From: Candidatus Binatia bacterium
GTDB lineage: Bacteria > Desulfobacterota > Binatia > UBA9968 > JAJDTQ01
NCBI GenBank assembly: GCA_022824205.1
Contig: JAJEAI010000056.1
Span: 1 to 32,000 of the forward strand
Direction: 5' to 3'
Length of the DNA stretch: 32,000 bases
Part shown: one piece after another, positions 1 through 7,489 of the stretch
Position numbering within the stretch: position 1 is the first letter of the stretch
Layout: each line of letters begins with the position of its first letter
Notes under the pieces: model-generated
Told to the model about the DNA's origin: nothing
The model's database searches: none
What the model saw: only the letters and a program-made list of their open reading frames with translations
Position numbers and translations under genes: made by a program

Positions 1-39
1 ACGGTTTTTCATTATGATACCCAAACTAACGTAACCGTT

Positions 40-73
40 CGTCCTGAGCGTAGCGAAGCGAAGTCGAAGGACG
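40..73. repeat. REP-like hairpin element downstream of the dioxygenase beta-subunit stop (copy 1 of a family also present at 4538..4559)
   Basis: Stem cgtcct (40-45) pairs with aggacg (68-73). The loop core ctgagcgtagcgaagcgaagtc (44-65) recurs in reverse complement at 4538-4559 with 20/22 identities. It lies 16 nt past the minus-strand stop at 89-91, so it may also act as a terminator. Confidence 0.5.
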
Positions 74-88
74 CCAACTTCACCTCCC

Positions 89-601
89 TTAGAAGAAAAT
101 ACTCAGGTTCGGCGACTGCAGCACCGCCTGGTCGAGCACGATGGTGCGGCGGGCAATCTTCCACTCGCCATCGACCCTCCGCAACACGTCGTCCCGCTCG
201 CCGACGAAAACGTCCTGGCTGTGCTCGAGCTGTGTGCGGTACACCATGAAATACGAACGAACGCGCAGCTCCGAGTCGGTCTCGCCGGGCCCCACCTCGA
301 CGTTCGTGACAAGGTGGCGCGTGCGCGAAGGCGGCACCTCCGACCACGCCATGCCCGTGGCGAGGCGGGCCACCCGGGTGCGCAGCGTCTCCTTGGTCTC
401 CTCGAAGAGCGCCAGCTCGCCGGGCTTGGACACGCTGTCCGCGGGATCGGTGCTTTCCCACGGGTTGGTCCGCTCCGGCATCCAGTAGACCACGTCGTCG
501 GTGAACAGGTCCAGCCATTCCTCGAAGGCGCGGTCGTCCAGCAGCCGCGCCTCATGGACGAGGAAGTGGTTGATCTCATGCCATAGATCGTGCTCGGTCA
601 C
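89..601 (-). CDS. Aromatic ring-hydroxylating dioxygenase, beta (small) subunit, NTF2-like fold
   Basis: 170-aa ORF lying 51 nt downstream of a Rieske alpha subunit on the same strand. Length and sequence (HFLVHEARLLDDRAFEEWLDLFTDDVVYWMP ... RSYFMVYR ... GEWKIARR) are typical of RHO beta subunits. GTG start at 599-601 is preceded by GGAGG. Confidence 0.85.
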   Translation of the reverse strand: MTEHDLWHEINHFLVHEARLLDDRAFEEWLDLFTDDVVYWMPERTNPWESTDPADSVSKPGELALFEETKETLRTRVARLATGMAWSEVPPSRTRHLVTNVEVGPGETDSELRVRSYFMVYRTQLEHSQDVFVGERDDVLRRVDGEWKIARRTIVLDQAVLQSPNLSIFF

Positions 602-652
602 GTTGCCTCCGCCTTGCCTTGGTGCCCTGTCCGCCGGTTGCTTGCGAGGCGG

Positions 653-1885
653 TCACCAGTACCGGGTCTCCAGGTCGACGTCGTCCCAGCTCTCGGCCCT
701 CATCATCATCTCCCAGCGGGAGTAGAAGGCCCGCAGACGCCTGCCGCCGCCGATGGGCGGGCAGCGGTCCTCGTGTCCGAGATGGGCCTGGATGTTCTGG
801 GGGTAGCGCTTGGCGATGACGCCGCGCGCGGTGTCGGTGCACTGGATCCAGTTGTTCATGTCGTCCTGCTCCAGGTTTCCGGCCGGGCCGAAGGTCTGGG
901 TCAGGTGCAGCCGCATGGCGGTCTTGACATCCTCGGGGGCGTCCTTGTCCACCACGCAATACGACCAGATCTCGGTCTTGTCCGGGCCCTTGGGGTGCCA
1001 CAACCGGATCATGTGCCGGCTGAAGTTGGGCGACAGGTTGGGAAACACGGTGGTGACCAGACCGGGGCGTTCGGCCATGTCGGGGCCGACGCGATCGATC
1101 AGCTCGTCGAAGTGTTCCTCGTGATAGTCCCGTATGAGTCCTTCAGCGACCCGGGAAAGCCCACGGTCGGTATCGGGGCGCTGATCGTCGTTGGTTTGCG
1201 GGTAGTATCGAACATCCACGGGAACGCGGCGCACCGACGCATGGGTCACCGTGTGGTGGCCGTCGTCGCCGAAGAAGTTGTCGGCCGCGTACTTCCAGTT
1301 GGCGTTCATGACCCACTTGTGCACGCCGCCGATCACCTCGGTGCCGCCGGCGCGGCGGTCGAACATGAAGCTGAGTTCCTGGTCCTGGCCGCCGAGGTAC
1401 TCCAGCAGCGGCGGCGCGGCGGGGTCGAAGGTGGCGAAGACGAGCCCCTTGAAGGTGTCGAGCTGGGCCACTTCCACGAGCCCCCACTGGCTCATGTCCA
1501 ACTCGTTGCTGTAGATCTCCTTCATGCCCGGGACGCCGATGAGCTTGCCGTCGTTGCCGTAGCACCAGCCGTGGTAGGTGCACATGAGCGAGCTGGCGTT
1601 GCCCTGGTCCGCCCGGCACACCCGGTTGCCGCGGTGGCGGCACATGTTGAGAAAAGCCCGAACCGTCCCATCCTGCCCCCGCCAGAGCAGCACCGGGTCT
1701 TCGCCCATGTAGGTGGCAAGGAAGTCGTTAGGGTTGGGGATCTGGGTCTCGTGGCCGAGAAACAGCCAGCAGCGCGCGAAGATCCGCTCCAGTTCCTGCT
1801 CGTAGATGTCCTGGGAGACGAACACCTGGCGGTCCAGCAGGCCCTGTCGGGTGTCCACGAATTCGTTCATGCGGTTCATTCCCAT
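653..1885 (-). CDS. Rieske (2Fe-2S) ring-hydroxylating dioxygenase, alpha (large, catalytic) subunit
   Basis: 410 aa. Rieske ligand motifs CRHRG ... CTYHGW are present near the N-terminus and the C-terminal catalytic domain has the expected length. GGGGAG lies 8 nt upstream of the ATG at 1885. Confidence 0.9.
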   Translation of the reverse strand: MGMNRMNEFVDTRQGLLDRQVFVSQDIYEQELERIFARCWLFLGHETQIPNPNDFLATYMGEDPVLLWRGQDGTVRAFLNMCRHRGNRVCRADQGNASSLMCTYHGWCYGNDGKLIGVPGMKEIYSNELDMSQWGLVEVAQLDTFKGLVFATFDPAAPPLLEYLGGQDQELSFMFDRRAGGTEVIGGVHKWVMNANWKYAADNFFGDDGHHTVTHASVRRVPVDVRYYPQTNDDQRPDTDRGLSRVAEGLIRDYHEEHFDELIDRVGPDMAERPGLVTTVFPNLSPNFSRHMIRLWHPKGPDKTEIWSYCVVDKDAPEDVKTAMRLHLTQTFGPAGNLEQDDMNNWIQCTDTARGVIAKRYPQNIQAHLGHEDRCPPIGGGRRLRAFYSRWEMMMRAESWDDVDLETRYW

Positions 1886-1959
1886 GGCTTGTGCTCCCCT
1901 ACGCTCTCGGCGGTCCTATCGAAGACGGGTCCACGTTTCCCACACGAACCCGGACCCGG

Positions 1960-2349
1960 TCAAACGGTTTCCAGCCCGAGGTGTTTCTCGATGGGATCGA
2001 AGTCTCGATCGCGATGAAGCAGCCTGTGGCCGTTCTCGATGCAGAAAGTCCCGATCAGCATGTCGATGGTCTTGCGCACCGTAACGCCTTTGGCGCGCAG
2101 CGCACGGTAGTTGCCGGCGCTCTTGAGAGCGATGTCCCGACCCACCATGGGCTCGAACACAAGGGTGTCCAGCGCCGCGCGCGCCTTGCCAACGTCCTGT
2201 TCGGAACGAAAGCCTTGCAAGACTTCGGCGAGGATGAGGTCGCCGATGACGATCGGTTCCTCTCCCAGGAAGTCGTCGAGCAACGCGGTTTCTCGATTCT
2301 CGACGCCGTTGAAGTAGTCGATCCAGACGGAGGAATCGACGACAATCAT
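1960..2349 (-). CDS. vapC: PIN-domain ribonuclease toxin VapC
   Basis: 129 aa. N-terminal MIVVDSSVWIDY (first PIN acidic residue) and later acidic residues (LAEV, DxL, RDRDF) fit a PIN domain. The start overlaps the upstream antitoxin stop in an ATGA junction. Confidence 0.85.
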   Translation of the reverse strand: MIVVDSSVWIDYFNGVENRETALLDDFLGEEPIVIGDLILAEVLQGFRSEQDVGKARAALDTLVFEPMVGRDIALKSAGNYRALRAKGVTVRKTIDMLIGTFCIENGHRLLHRDRDFDPIEKHLGLETV

Positions 2350-2540
2350 CGGTCCCGCCGCATCTGGTCGAGCGAACCCTCCCAGCGCAGCTTTCCGCGC
2401 AGCCGCCGGATTCGGCTCTGTGCCTGCGTTTGCACCAGCAGGCGCAAACCCTCTTCCACGGCGGCCTTCTTGGTCTTGTATCCGCCCGCCTTCAGCGCCT
2501 TGGTCATCAAGTCGTCGTCGATTTCGATATTGGTGCGCAT
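2346..2540 (-). CDS. vapB: Type II antitoxin VapB (small DNA-binding antitoxin)
   Basis: 64 aa beginning MRTNIEIDDDLMTKALKAGGYKTKKAAVEEGLRLL, the typical N-terminus of VapB-type antitoxins paired with PIN toxins. I trimmed the 99-aa track ORF to the ATG at 2540, which has AGGGGA 5 nt upstream. 4-bp overlap with vapC. Confidence 0.8.
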   Translation of the reverse strand: MRTNIEIDDDLMTKALKAGGYKTKKAAVEEGLRLLVQTQAQSRIRRLRGKLRWEGSLDQMRRDR

Positions 2541-2552
2541 GCCGATCCCCTG

Positions 2553-2599
2553 ATGTGTATGGTTGCAGAGATCATACACATGAGCACGTACCTGCGCAA
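2553..2599 (-). promoter_or_regulatory. Candidate vapBC promoter with operator palindrome
   Basis: On the minus strand: TTGCGC (2594-2599), a 17-nt spacer, then TATGAT (2571-2576). A perfect 9-bp inverted repeat atgtgtatg (2553-2561) / catacacat (2573-2581), separated by 11 nt, overlaps the -10 box. This is the classic autorepression layout of TA operons. Confidence 0.5.
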
Positions 2600-2653
2600 G
2601 AGAGGATTCAAACACGCCTCCATGACCAAGCGACCTTCGGCCCACCGGTCAGC

Positions 2654-2681
2654 TTGACAGTGTTCTTTCCCGCGACATAGT
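2654..2681 (+). promoter_or_regulatory. Candidate sigma70-type promoter for the CoA-transferase/hydratase operon
   Basis: Perfect -35 TTGACA (2654-2659), a 16-nt spacer, then CATAGT (2676-2681). It lies 65 nt upstream of the ATG at 2746 and is divergent from vapBC. Confidence 0.4.
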
Positions 2682-2745
2682 TTCTGGGGCCGAGTCATGC
2701 TCGCACCCAAGGCGGCAAGATACCCATGGAAGGCGTTGGAAGACA

Positions 2746-3960
2746 ATGAGACCCGACCATCCTCCCCTCTCCCGCATCCGTGTCCTCGACTTCGGCCACG
2801 TGCTGGCGGCGCCGTTCTGCACGCGGCTGCTGGCGGACCTCGGCGCGGACGTGGTGCGGGTGGAGAGCAGCAGGCACCCGGACTTCCCGTGGCCGTCGTC
2901 CTACCGGCACCCGGACGGGCGCCACGCCTCCTATCTCAACACCAACCGCAACAAGCGCTCGGTGAGCATCGACCTGAAGCACCCGGCGGGGTGCGATGTC
3001 GCCCGGCGCCTGGCCGAGGCCGCGGACGTGGTGGTGGAGAACTTCAGCGCGGGGGTCATGGACCGGCTGGGCCTGGGGTACGAGACGCTCAGGGCGGCCA
3101 ACCCCCGGCTGGTGTTCGCCAGCATGTCGGGCTACGGGCACAGCGGGCCGCGACGTGACTGGACCAGCATGAACATGAACCTCCAGGGCGCCGCCGGGCT
3201 CATGCAGGTCACCGGCGCCGAGGGGGACCCGCCCACGGCCATCTCGAACTCCTGGAACGACTACATCGGCGGGCTCCACACCTGCTACGCCGTCATCGGC
3301 GCGCTGACCGACCGTGAAACGACCGGTGCGGGCATCCACCTGGACATGGGCCAGTTCGAGTGCAGCGTCTCGATGATCGCACCGCTGCTGCTGTTCAGCG
3401 CGGTGACCGGGCGGAACCCGGAGCGGATGGGGAACCGCTCGGCCCGATTCGCCCCGCAGGGGGTGTACCGTTGTGCGGGAGAGGACCAGTGGTGTGCCGT
3501 CAGCGTCCACGACGACGCGCAGTGGCACGCGCTGGCCGAGGCGGTGGACGAGGGAGGACCGGACCCGAGGCTGGCGGGCGAGGTCCGCTTCGCCACCCTG
3601 CCGGGACGGCGGCGCCATCACGACGAGATCGACGAACGCATCGAGGCCTGGACCCGCGGGCTCGAGAGCACGGAGGTGGAGGCCCGGTTGCGGCGGGCCG
3701 GTATCTCCGCGTCACGCATGCGGCGGGTGCAGGACCTGGTGGAGGACGGTTCACCGTCCAGGGCCTACAAACGCATGGCCGAGCCCAGGGTGGGCTCCAT
3801 GCTGACGACGGCGCTGCCCTTCGAGTTCTCGGCCAGCGCCTTGCCGCCGGCAACGCCGGCCCCGTGTCTGGGACAGCACACGCGGGAGGTGCTGCGGGAA
3901 TGGCTGGACGTCCCGGAAGGCGAGTTGACGGAGCTGGCCGGCACGGGAGCGCTGGTATAA
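2746..3960 (+). CDS. Family III CoA-transferase (CaiB/BaiF/Frc family), paralog 1
   Basis: 404 aa. N-terminal RVLDFGHVLAAPFCTRLLADLGADVVRVE is the Rossmann-like signature of the family. The catalytic-Asp region WNDYIGGLHTCYAVIGAL matches CaiB TADYFSGL. Confidence 0.85.
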   Translation: MRPDHPPLSRIRVLDFGHVLAAPFCTRLLADLGADVVRVESSRHPDFPWPSSYRHPDGRHASYLNTNRNKRSVSIDLKHPAGCDVARRLAEAADVVVENFSAGVMDRLGLGYETLRAANPRLVFASMSGYGHSGPRRDWTSMNMNLQGAAGLMQVTGAEGDPPTAISNSWNDYIGGLHTCYAVIGALTDRETTGAGIHLDMGQFECSVSMIAPLLLFSAVTGRNPERMGNRSARFAPQGVYRCAGEDQWCAVSVHDDAQWHALAEAVDEGGPDPRLAGEVRFATLPGRRRHHDEIDERIEAWTRGLESTEVEARLRRAGISASRMRRVQDLVEDGSPSRAYKRMAEPRVGSMLTTALPFEFSASALPPATPAPCLGQHTREVLREWLDVPEGELTELAGTGALV

Positions 3961-3987
3961 CGTTCGCCCTGAGGGTGGCGCGGTGCC

Positions 3988-4509
3988 ATGAACGAATCCC
4001 CCGAAACCATCATCTCCGACGAACTGCGCCGGTGCATCGGCTTGAAAGGCCCCGTGCGCGCGCTGGAGACGTTGAGCGCGTCGGACGTCCGCCGTTACGT
4101 GGACGCCACCGGCGACGCGAACCCGCTGTGGCTCGACGACGACTTCGCCCGCTCCGCGGGATACAGGGGCCGTCTTCTGCCGCCCATCCTGGTGGGCTGG
4201 ACGCCTTTCAGCATCAAGGAGCCGGAGGGGAATGCGTCGTCTTTCGACGTGCGCCGGCAGCTTCCCGTGCCCGCGGCCTACACCAACGTGCGCAACGCGG
4301 GCAGCGAGACCGAGTGGCTGAAGCCCGTGCACCTGGGCGAACCGCTTGCTTGCCAGAGCCGAATCGTCGACATCACGGCGCGCGAGGGCAGGATGGGCGT
4401 GGGGATCTACGTCACGCAGGTGGAGGAGGTGCGCAACGCGGAGGACGAGCTGGTGTTCACGCGGCGCCACACGGTGGCGCTGTTCCGGGAACGGCAGGCA
4501 GGGGAATGA
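3988..4509 (+). CDS. MaoC-like hotdog protein, N-terminal-type dehydratase half
   Basis: 173 aa with YVDATGDANPLWLDDDFARSAGY, a hydratase-2-like GDxNP motif in which His is replaced by Trp. GAGGGTGG lies 9 nt upstream of the ATG. Confidence 0.7.
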   Translation: MNESPETIISDELRRCIGLKGPVRALETLSASDVRRYVDATGDANPLWLDDDFARSAGYRGRLLPPILVGWTPFSIKEPEGNASSFDVRRQLPVPAAYTNVRNAGSETEWLKPVHLGEPLACQSRIVDITAREGRMGVGIYVTQVEEVRNAEDELVFTRRHTVALFRERQAGE

Positions 4510-4537
4510 GCTTGCAGGTCACCCTTTGACTGCGTTT

Positions 4538-4583
4538 GACTTCGCTTCGCGACGCTCGGCCCGAGCTGGTCGAAGGGCTCGGG
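4538..4583. repeat. REP-like element (inverted copy of the 44-65 core) plus adjacent hairpin
   Basis: gacttcgcttcgcgacgctcgg (4538-4559) is the reverse complement of 44-65 with 2 mismatches. It is followed by the hairpin cccgagc (4560-4566) / gctcggg (4577-4583). It lies in the 104-nt gap between two operon genes and accounts for the spurious N-terminal extension of the 4536 ORF. Confidence 0.55.
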
Positions 4584-4613
4584 ACCGACGGGAAAGGAGG
4601 CGGTTCACACGTC

Positions 4614-5804
4614 ATGGGCAGAGTGCTCGATCTCGGGGCATTGGCCGGCGCCTATGCCGCGCGGCTGCTCGCGGAGTCCGGCCACGACGTCATCCGCATG
4701 GAACCTCCCGGCGGCGACGCGGTGCGCCGCACCGGCCCGTTCCTGGGGGATGCCTCGCGCTTAGAGGATGCGTCCGGCCCGGGAGATGCGTCCGGCCTGG
4801 AGCACGGCGCCTTCCACCGTTTCCTGAACGCCGGCAAGCGGAGCTTCTCGCTGAACCTCGACTCCGCCGCCGGATGGCGCGTGTTCCTGGAACTGGTGCA
4901 AACGGCCGATGCCGTGGTGACGAGTCGCCGGCTGCCCATGGACCAGGTCCCCCCGCCGAGGGCGAACCTCGTGTGGACCGATGTCGAGGAGGCAGAGGAT
5001 GAGCTGTGCGCCTACGCCCGCTCCGGACTGCTTTCGCTCACCGGGCACCGGGACGGCCGGCCCATGCTCATGGGCGGGCAGATCATCTATCTGGCCACCG
5101 GGATTCAAGCGGCCGTGGCCACGGCCGCGGCACTCTACGTGCTCCAGCGCACTGGCCAGGGCCAGCACGTGCGCGTCTCCATGCAGGACTGCCTGGAGAC
5201 CTTCGTCGAGCAGGCCATGGTGGAGTACACGTTCTCGGGGACGCGCACCGAGCGGCGCGGCAACCGCGGCACCATCACTGCCGTTTCCGGGGCGCTGCCG
5301 TGCAAGGACGGCCACTGGGTGGTGAGCCAGATCAACCGGCCCGGCCGCTGGGAGAAATTCGTGGAGTGGGTCCAGGACCCCGAGCTCATGGCGGACCCCT
5401 CGCTGGCGTCGGACGACGCGCAGCGGGAGAACAAGGACTTCATCATGGACCGGGTGCTGGCGTGGTCGAAACAGTTCACCAAGTCGGACATCGTCGAGGA
5501 GGGACAGCGCCGCCGGTTTCCGTCGTCACCCGTGTCGACGCCGCTGGACCTGGCCCGGGACCCGCAGCTCATGGCGCGCGGCTACCTCACCGAGGCGGAG
5601 GACCCCCGTTTCGGGCGCATCCCGTTTCCGCGTGGCGCCGTCGCGCGGGTGCGGGATCAGGAAATCGGGCCGGCGCCTGCGCTGGGACAGCACGACGCGG
5701 AAATACTGGCGGAACTGGGCTACTCACGCGCAGACCACCGGAGACTGGCGGAGACCGGCGCCATCGGAGGCGATGAGGGCGATTGGGGGACGACTGAACC
5801 GTGA
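4614..5804 (+). CDS. Family III CoA-transferase paralog 2, apparently lacking the catalytic Asp
   Basis: Trimmed to MGRVLDLGALAGAYAARLLAESGHDVIRMEPPGGD, the family N-terminal signature; upstream lies REP sequence. The conserved block SGLLSLTGHRDGRPMLMGGQIIYLATGIQAAVATAAAL ... TGQGQHVRVSMQD aligns with paralog 1 and with CaiB, but Tyr occupies the Asp position. Confidence 0.75.
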   Translation: MGRVLDLGALAGAYAARLLAESGHDVIRMEPPGGDAVRRTGPFLGDASRLEDASGPGDASGLEHGAFHRFLNAGKRSFSLNLDSAAGWRVFLELVQTADAVVTSRRLPMDQVPPPRANLVWTDVEEAEDELCAYARSGLLSLTGHRDGRPMLMGGQIIYLATGIQAAVATAAALYVLQRTGQGQHVRVSMQDCLETFVEQAMVEYTFSGTRTERRGNRGTITAVSGALPCKDGHWVVSQINRPGRWEKFVEWVQDPELMADPSLASDDAQRENKDFIMDRVLAWSKQFTKSDIVEEGQRRRFPSSPVSTPLDLARDPQLMARGYLTEAEDPRFGRIPFPRGAVARVRDQEIGPAPALGQHDAEILAELGYSRADHRRLAETGAIGGDEGDWGTTEP

Positions 5805-6259
5805 TGTCCGACGACAGCACAACGATTGCCGAGCAACGATTCTTCGAGGACGTCCAACCCGGCACGGAGCTGGCGGCCCGCGAGTACGGCCCCCTGACCG
5901 TCATCGACACCGTGCGCTGGGCCGGCCTGCAGGAGAACACGCAGCAGCTCCACTACGACCGCGACTGGGTGCGCGACCACGCCGGCCTGCGCACCTTCAT
6001 CGCCAGCGGCGCCTACCGGCAGGCCCTGCTGATGCGCATGCTCACCGATTGGCTGGGACCCCGAGGCCGGCTGCGGAAGCTCGGCATCCGGCACACCTAC
6101 TCGACCTTCGAGGGCGACACCATGCGTTTTACCGCGAGGGCGGTCGAGAAGAGTGAGGACCCCGCCGATCCGTGGATCGCGTGCGAGCTGGAAGGCGCGA
6201 ACCAGGAAGGCCGGCAGATCCTCACCGGCCGGTGCACCCTGGTGCTGCCCACCCGGTAG
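5801..6259 (+). CDS. MaoC-like hotdog protein, C-terminal-type (hydratase) half
   Basis: 152 aa with the region WAGLQENTQQLHYDRDWVRDHAG and a hotdog-length C-terminus. The start (GTG 5801 or ATG 5804) overlaps the stop of the preceding transferase, which suggests translational coupling. Confidence 0.7.
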   Translation: MMSDDSTTIAEQRFFEDVQPGTELAAREYGPLTVIDTVRWAGLQENTQQLHYDRDWVRDHAGLRTFIASGAYRQALLMRMLTDWLGPRGRLRKLGIRHTYSTFEGDTMRFTARAVEKSEDPADPWIACELEGANQEGRQILTGRCTLVLPTR

Positions 6260-6337
6260 CGCCGGGACACGCCGTCCACAGCCCCTCGGCGGCGCGGCAA
6301 CGTGCTCGGGCCAGCGTACCGGGCAAGACGCGGCGTG

Positions 6338-7372
6338 TCACTTCTTCGGAAGAACGATTCCCTTCAACCTTTCCACGAGCCCCGACTCCAGACCGTAGAG
6401 CTTGTTGACGCTGCTCAAGGTGGCGGCGCCGTCGATGGGGTCCACCGCCAGACGCAGCTTCTTGGCCTCCGCCCGCAGCGCGGGATCGTTGAGGGCGTCG
6501 ATAAACGCCTTCTGCATCAGCTTGAGCCGCGCTTCCGGCATGTTGGGCGGCGTGGAATAGGGGAACTGACCACGGTGCGCGTAGTCCGCCACCTCCAGGA
6601 GCTTGCGCGCATCCGCGGTCTTGGCGTAGTCGATGGCCCGCGGGATCTCCTTGATGTCCGGATGCACGTTGAGCGTGTTCTGGACGACCATGTTGACCCT
6701 GCCGGCCTCGAAGGCTTCCCGCCAGATGGAGTTCACCGTGTGCAGCGAGCCGCAGTACCCGTCCGCTTCCCCGGCCTCCACCGCCACCCGCGCCCTGGCA
6801 CCGCCCCGGTAACCATCGACGACCTTCGTGGGGAGCCCGAGTGCCGCCTTCATGAACTTCGGGATGTCCGAGGTGCTGGTGCCCGGCCCGATGGCGGAAA
6901 TGAACATCTCCCGCTTCGAGCCGAACCAGTCGTCCATGCTCTTGATACCGCTCTTCCGGTTGAAGCTGCAGACGCTGTGGTTGGGGGCCGGCACGCCGAG
7001 CCAGCCGAACTTCCGGCCGTCGAACTTCGCCGCCTTGTTGCCCATGACGTGCTGGAGCACCAGCGGGCCGGCGAAGGCGCCGATGGTGAGGCCGTCGGGC
7101 TTCGCCGTGTTGTAGATGTAGTTGGCCGCGATCATGCCCGCGGCGCCGGTCATGTTCTGCACCAGGGTCGTCGGATTGCCCGGCAGGTGCTTGCCGAGGT
7201 GCCGGGCGATCAACCGCGTGTACAAGTCGAAGGAGCCGCCCGGCGAGTAGGCCACCACCAGCTTGACGGTCTTCCCCGCGAAGGACTCCTGCGCGGTTGC
7301 CGGGACGGCCAGCGCCGCGACAAACGCCAGCCCCAACACGAGCCCGGTGATCATCCTGAAACGTTTGCACAT
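6338..7372 (-). CDS. Bug/TctC-family periplasmic substrate-binding protein (orphan)
   Basis: Signal peptide MCKRFRMITGLVLGLAFVAALAVPATAQE. Family motifs VVAYSPGGSFDLYTRLIARHL and QNMTGAAGMIAANY are present. I chose the ATG at 7372 because GGAGGA sits 7 nt upstream; alternative starts are 7387 and 7354. No tctA/tctB genes are nearby. Confidence 0.75.
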   Translation of the reverse strand: MCKRFRMITGLVLGLAFVAALAVPATAQESFAGKTVKLVVAYSPGGSFDLYTRLIARHLGKHLPGNPTTLVQNMTGAAGMIAANYIYNTAKPDGLTIGAFAGPLVLQHVMGNKAAKFDGRKFGWLGVPAPNHSVCSFNRKSGIKSMDDWFGSKREMFISAIGPGTSTSDIPKFMKAALGLPTKVVDGYRGGARARVAVEAGEADGYCGSLHTVNSIWREAFEAGRVNMVVQNTLNVHPDIKEIPRAIDYAKTADARKLLEVADYAHRGQFPYSTPPNMPEARLKLMQKAFIDALNDPALRAEAKKLRLAVDPIDGAATLSSVNKLYGLESGLVERLKGIVLPKK

Positions 7373-7489
7373 GAGCTTTTCCTCCATGTTGACGGCCTTT
7401 CGGACTCCGTGCTGTATAGTACAAACCAAGGCCGGGTAACAGGGCAAGGCACCTCTTGGACATCCGCGCCGGAAGGGGTTTCGAACGAT

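Noticed and set aside
1-39. AT-rich left edge (ttcattatgatacccaaactaacg) that might be part of a gene or mobile-element end.
   Set aside because: Too little sequence lies inside the window to interpret. No ORF or repeat partner was found.
6266-6339. 9-bp inverted repeat gacacgccg / cggcgtgtc flanking the convergent gene ends of the MaoC C-half and the TctC-like gene.
   Set aside because: The arms are 56 nt apart and the right arm overlaps the stop codon of the TctC-like gene. It might be a bidirectional terminator base, but it is not convincing without folding calculations.
6302-7489. The 5' two-thirds of the 646-aa plus-strand ORF, and similar long N-terminal extensions of the track ORFs at 6338-7711, 23621-24598, 24133-25479, 19633-20745 and 17922-19247.
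   Set aside because: Homology-like sequence begins only at internal starts that have RBS-like sequences. The upstream parts overlap real genes on the other strand or intergenic or REP sequence, so I trimmed the CDS calls.
7388-7489. Possible TPP riboswitch upstream of the TenA-like gene. Also a TTGACG / TATAGT promoter-like pair and the small palindrome TGTAtagTACA (7413-7423).
   Set aside because: No CUGAGA / ACCUGAUCUGGAUAAUGCCAGCG-type THI-box elements are present. The -35/-10 pair is separated by 20 nt, which is too far. The 4-3-4 palindrome is too short to call an operator on its own.
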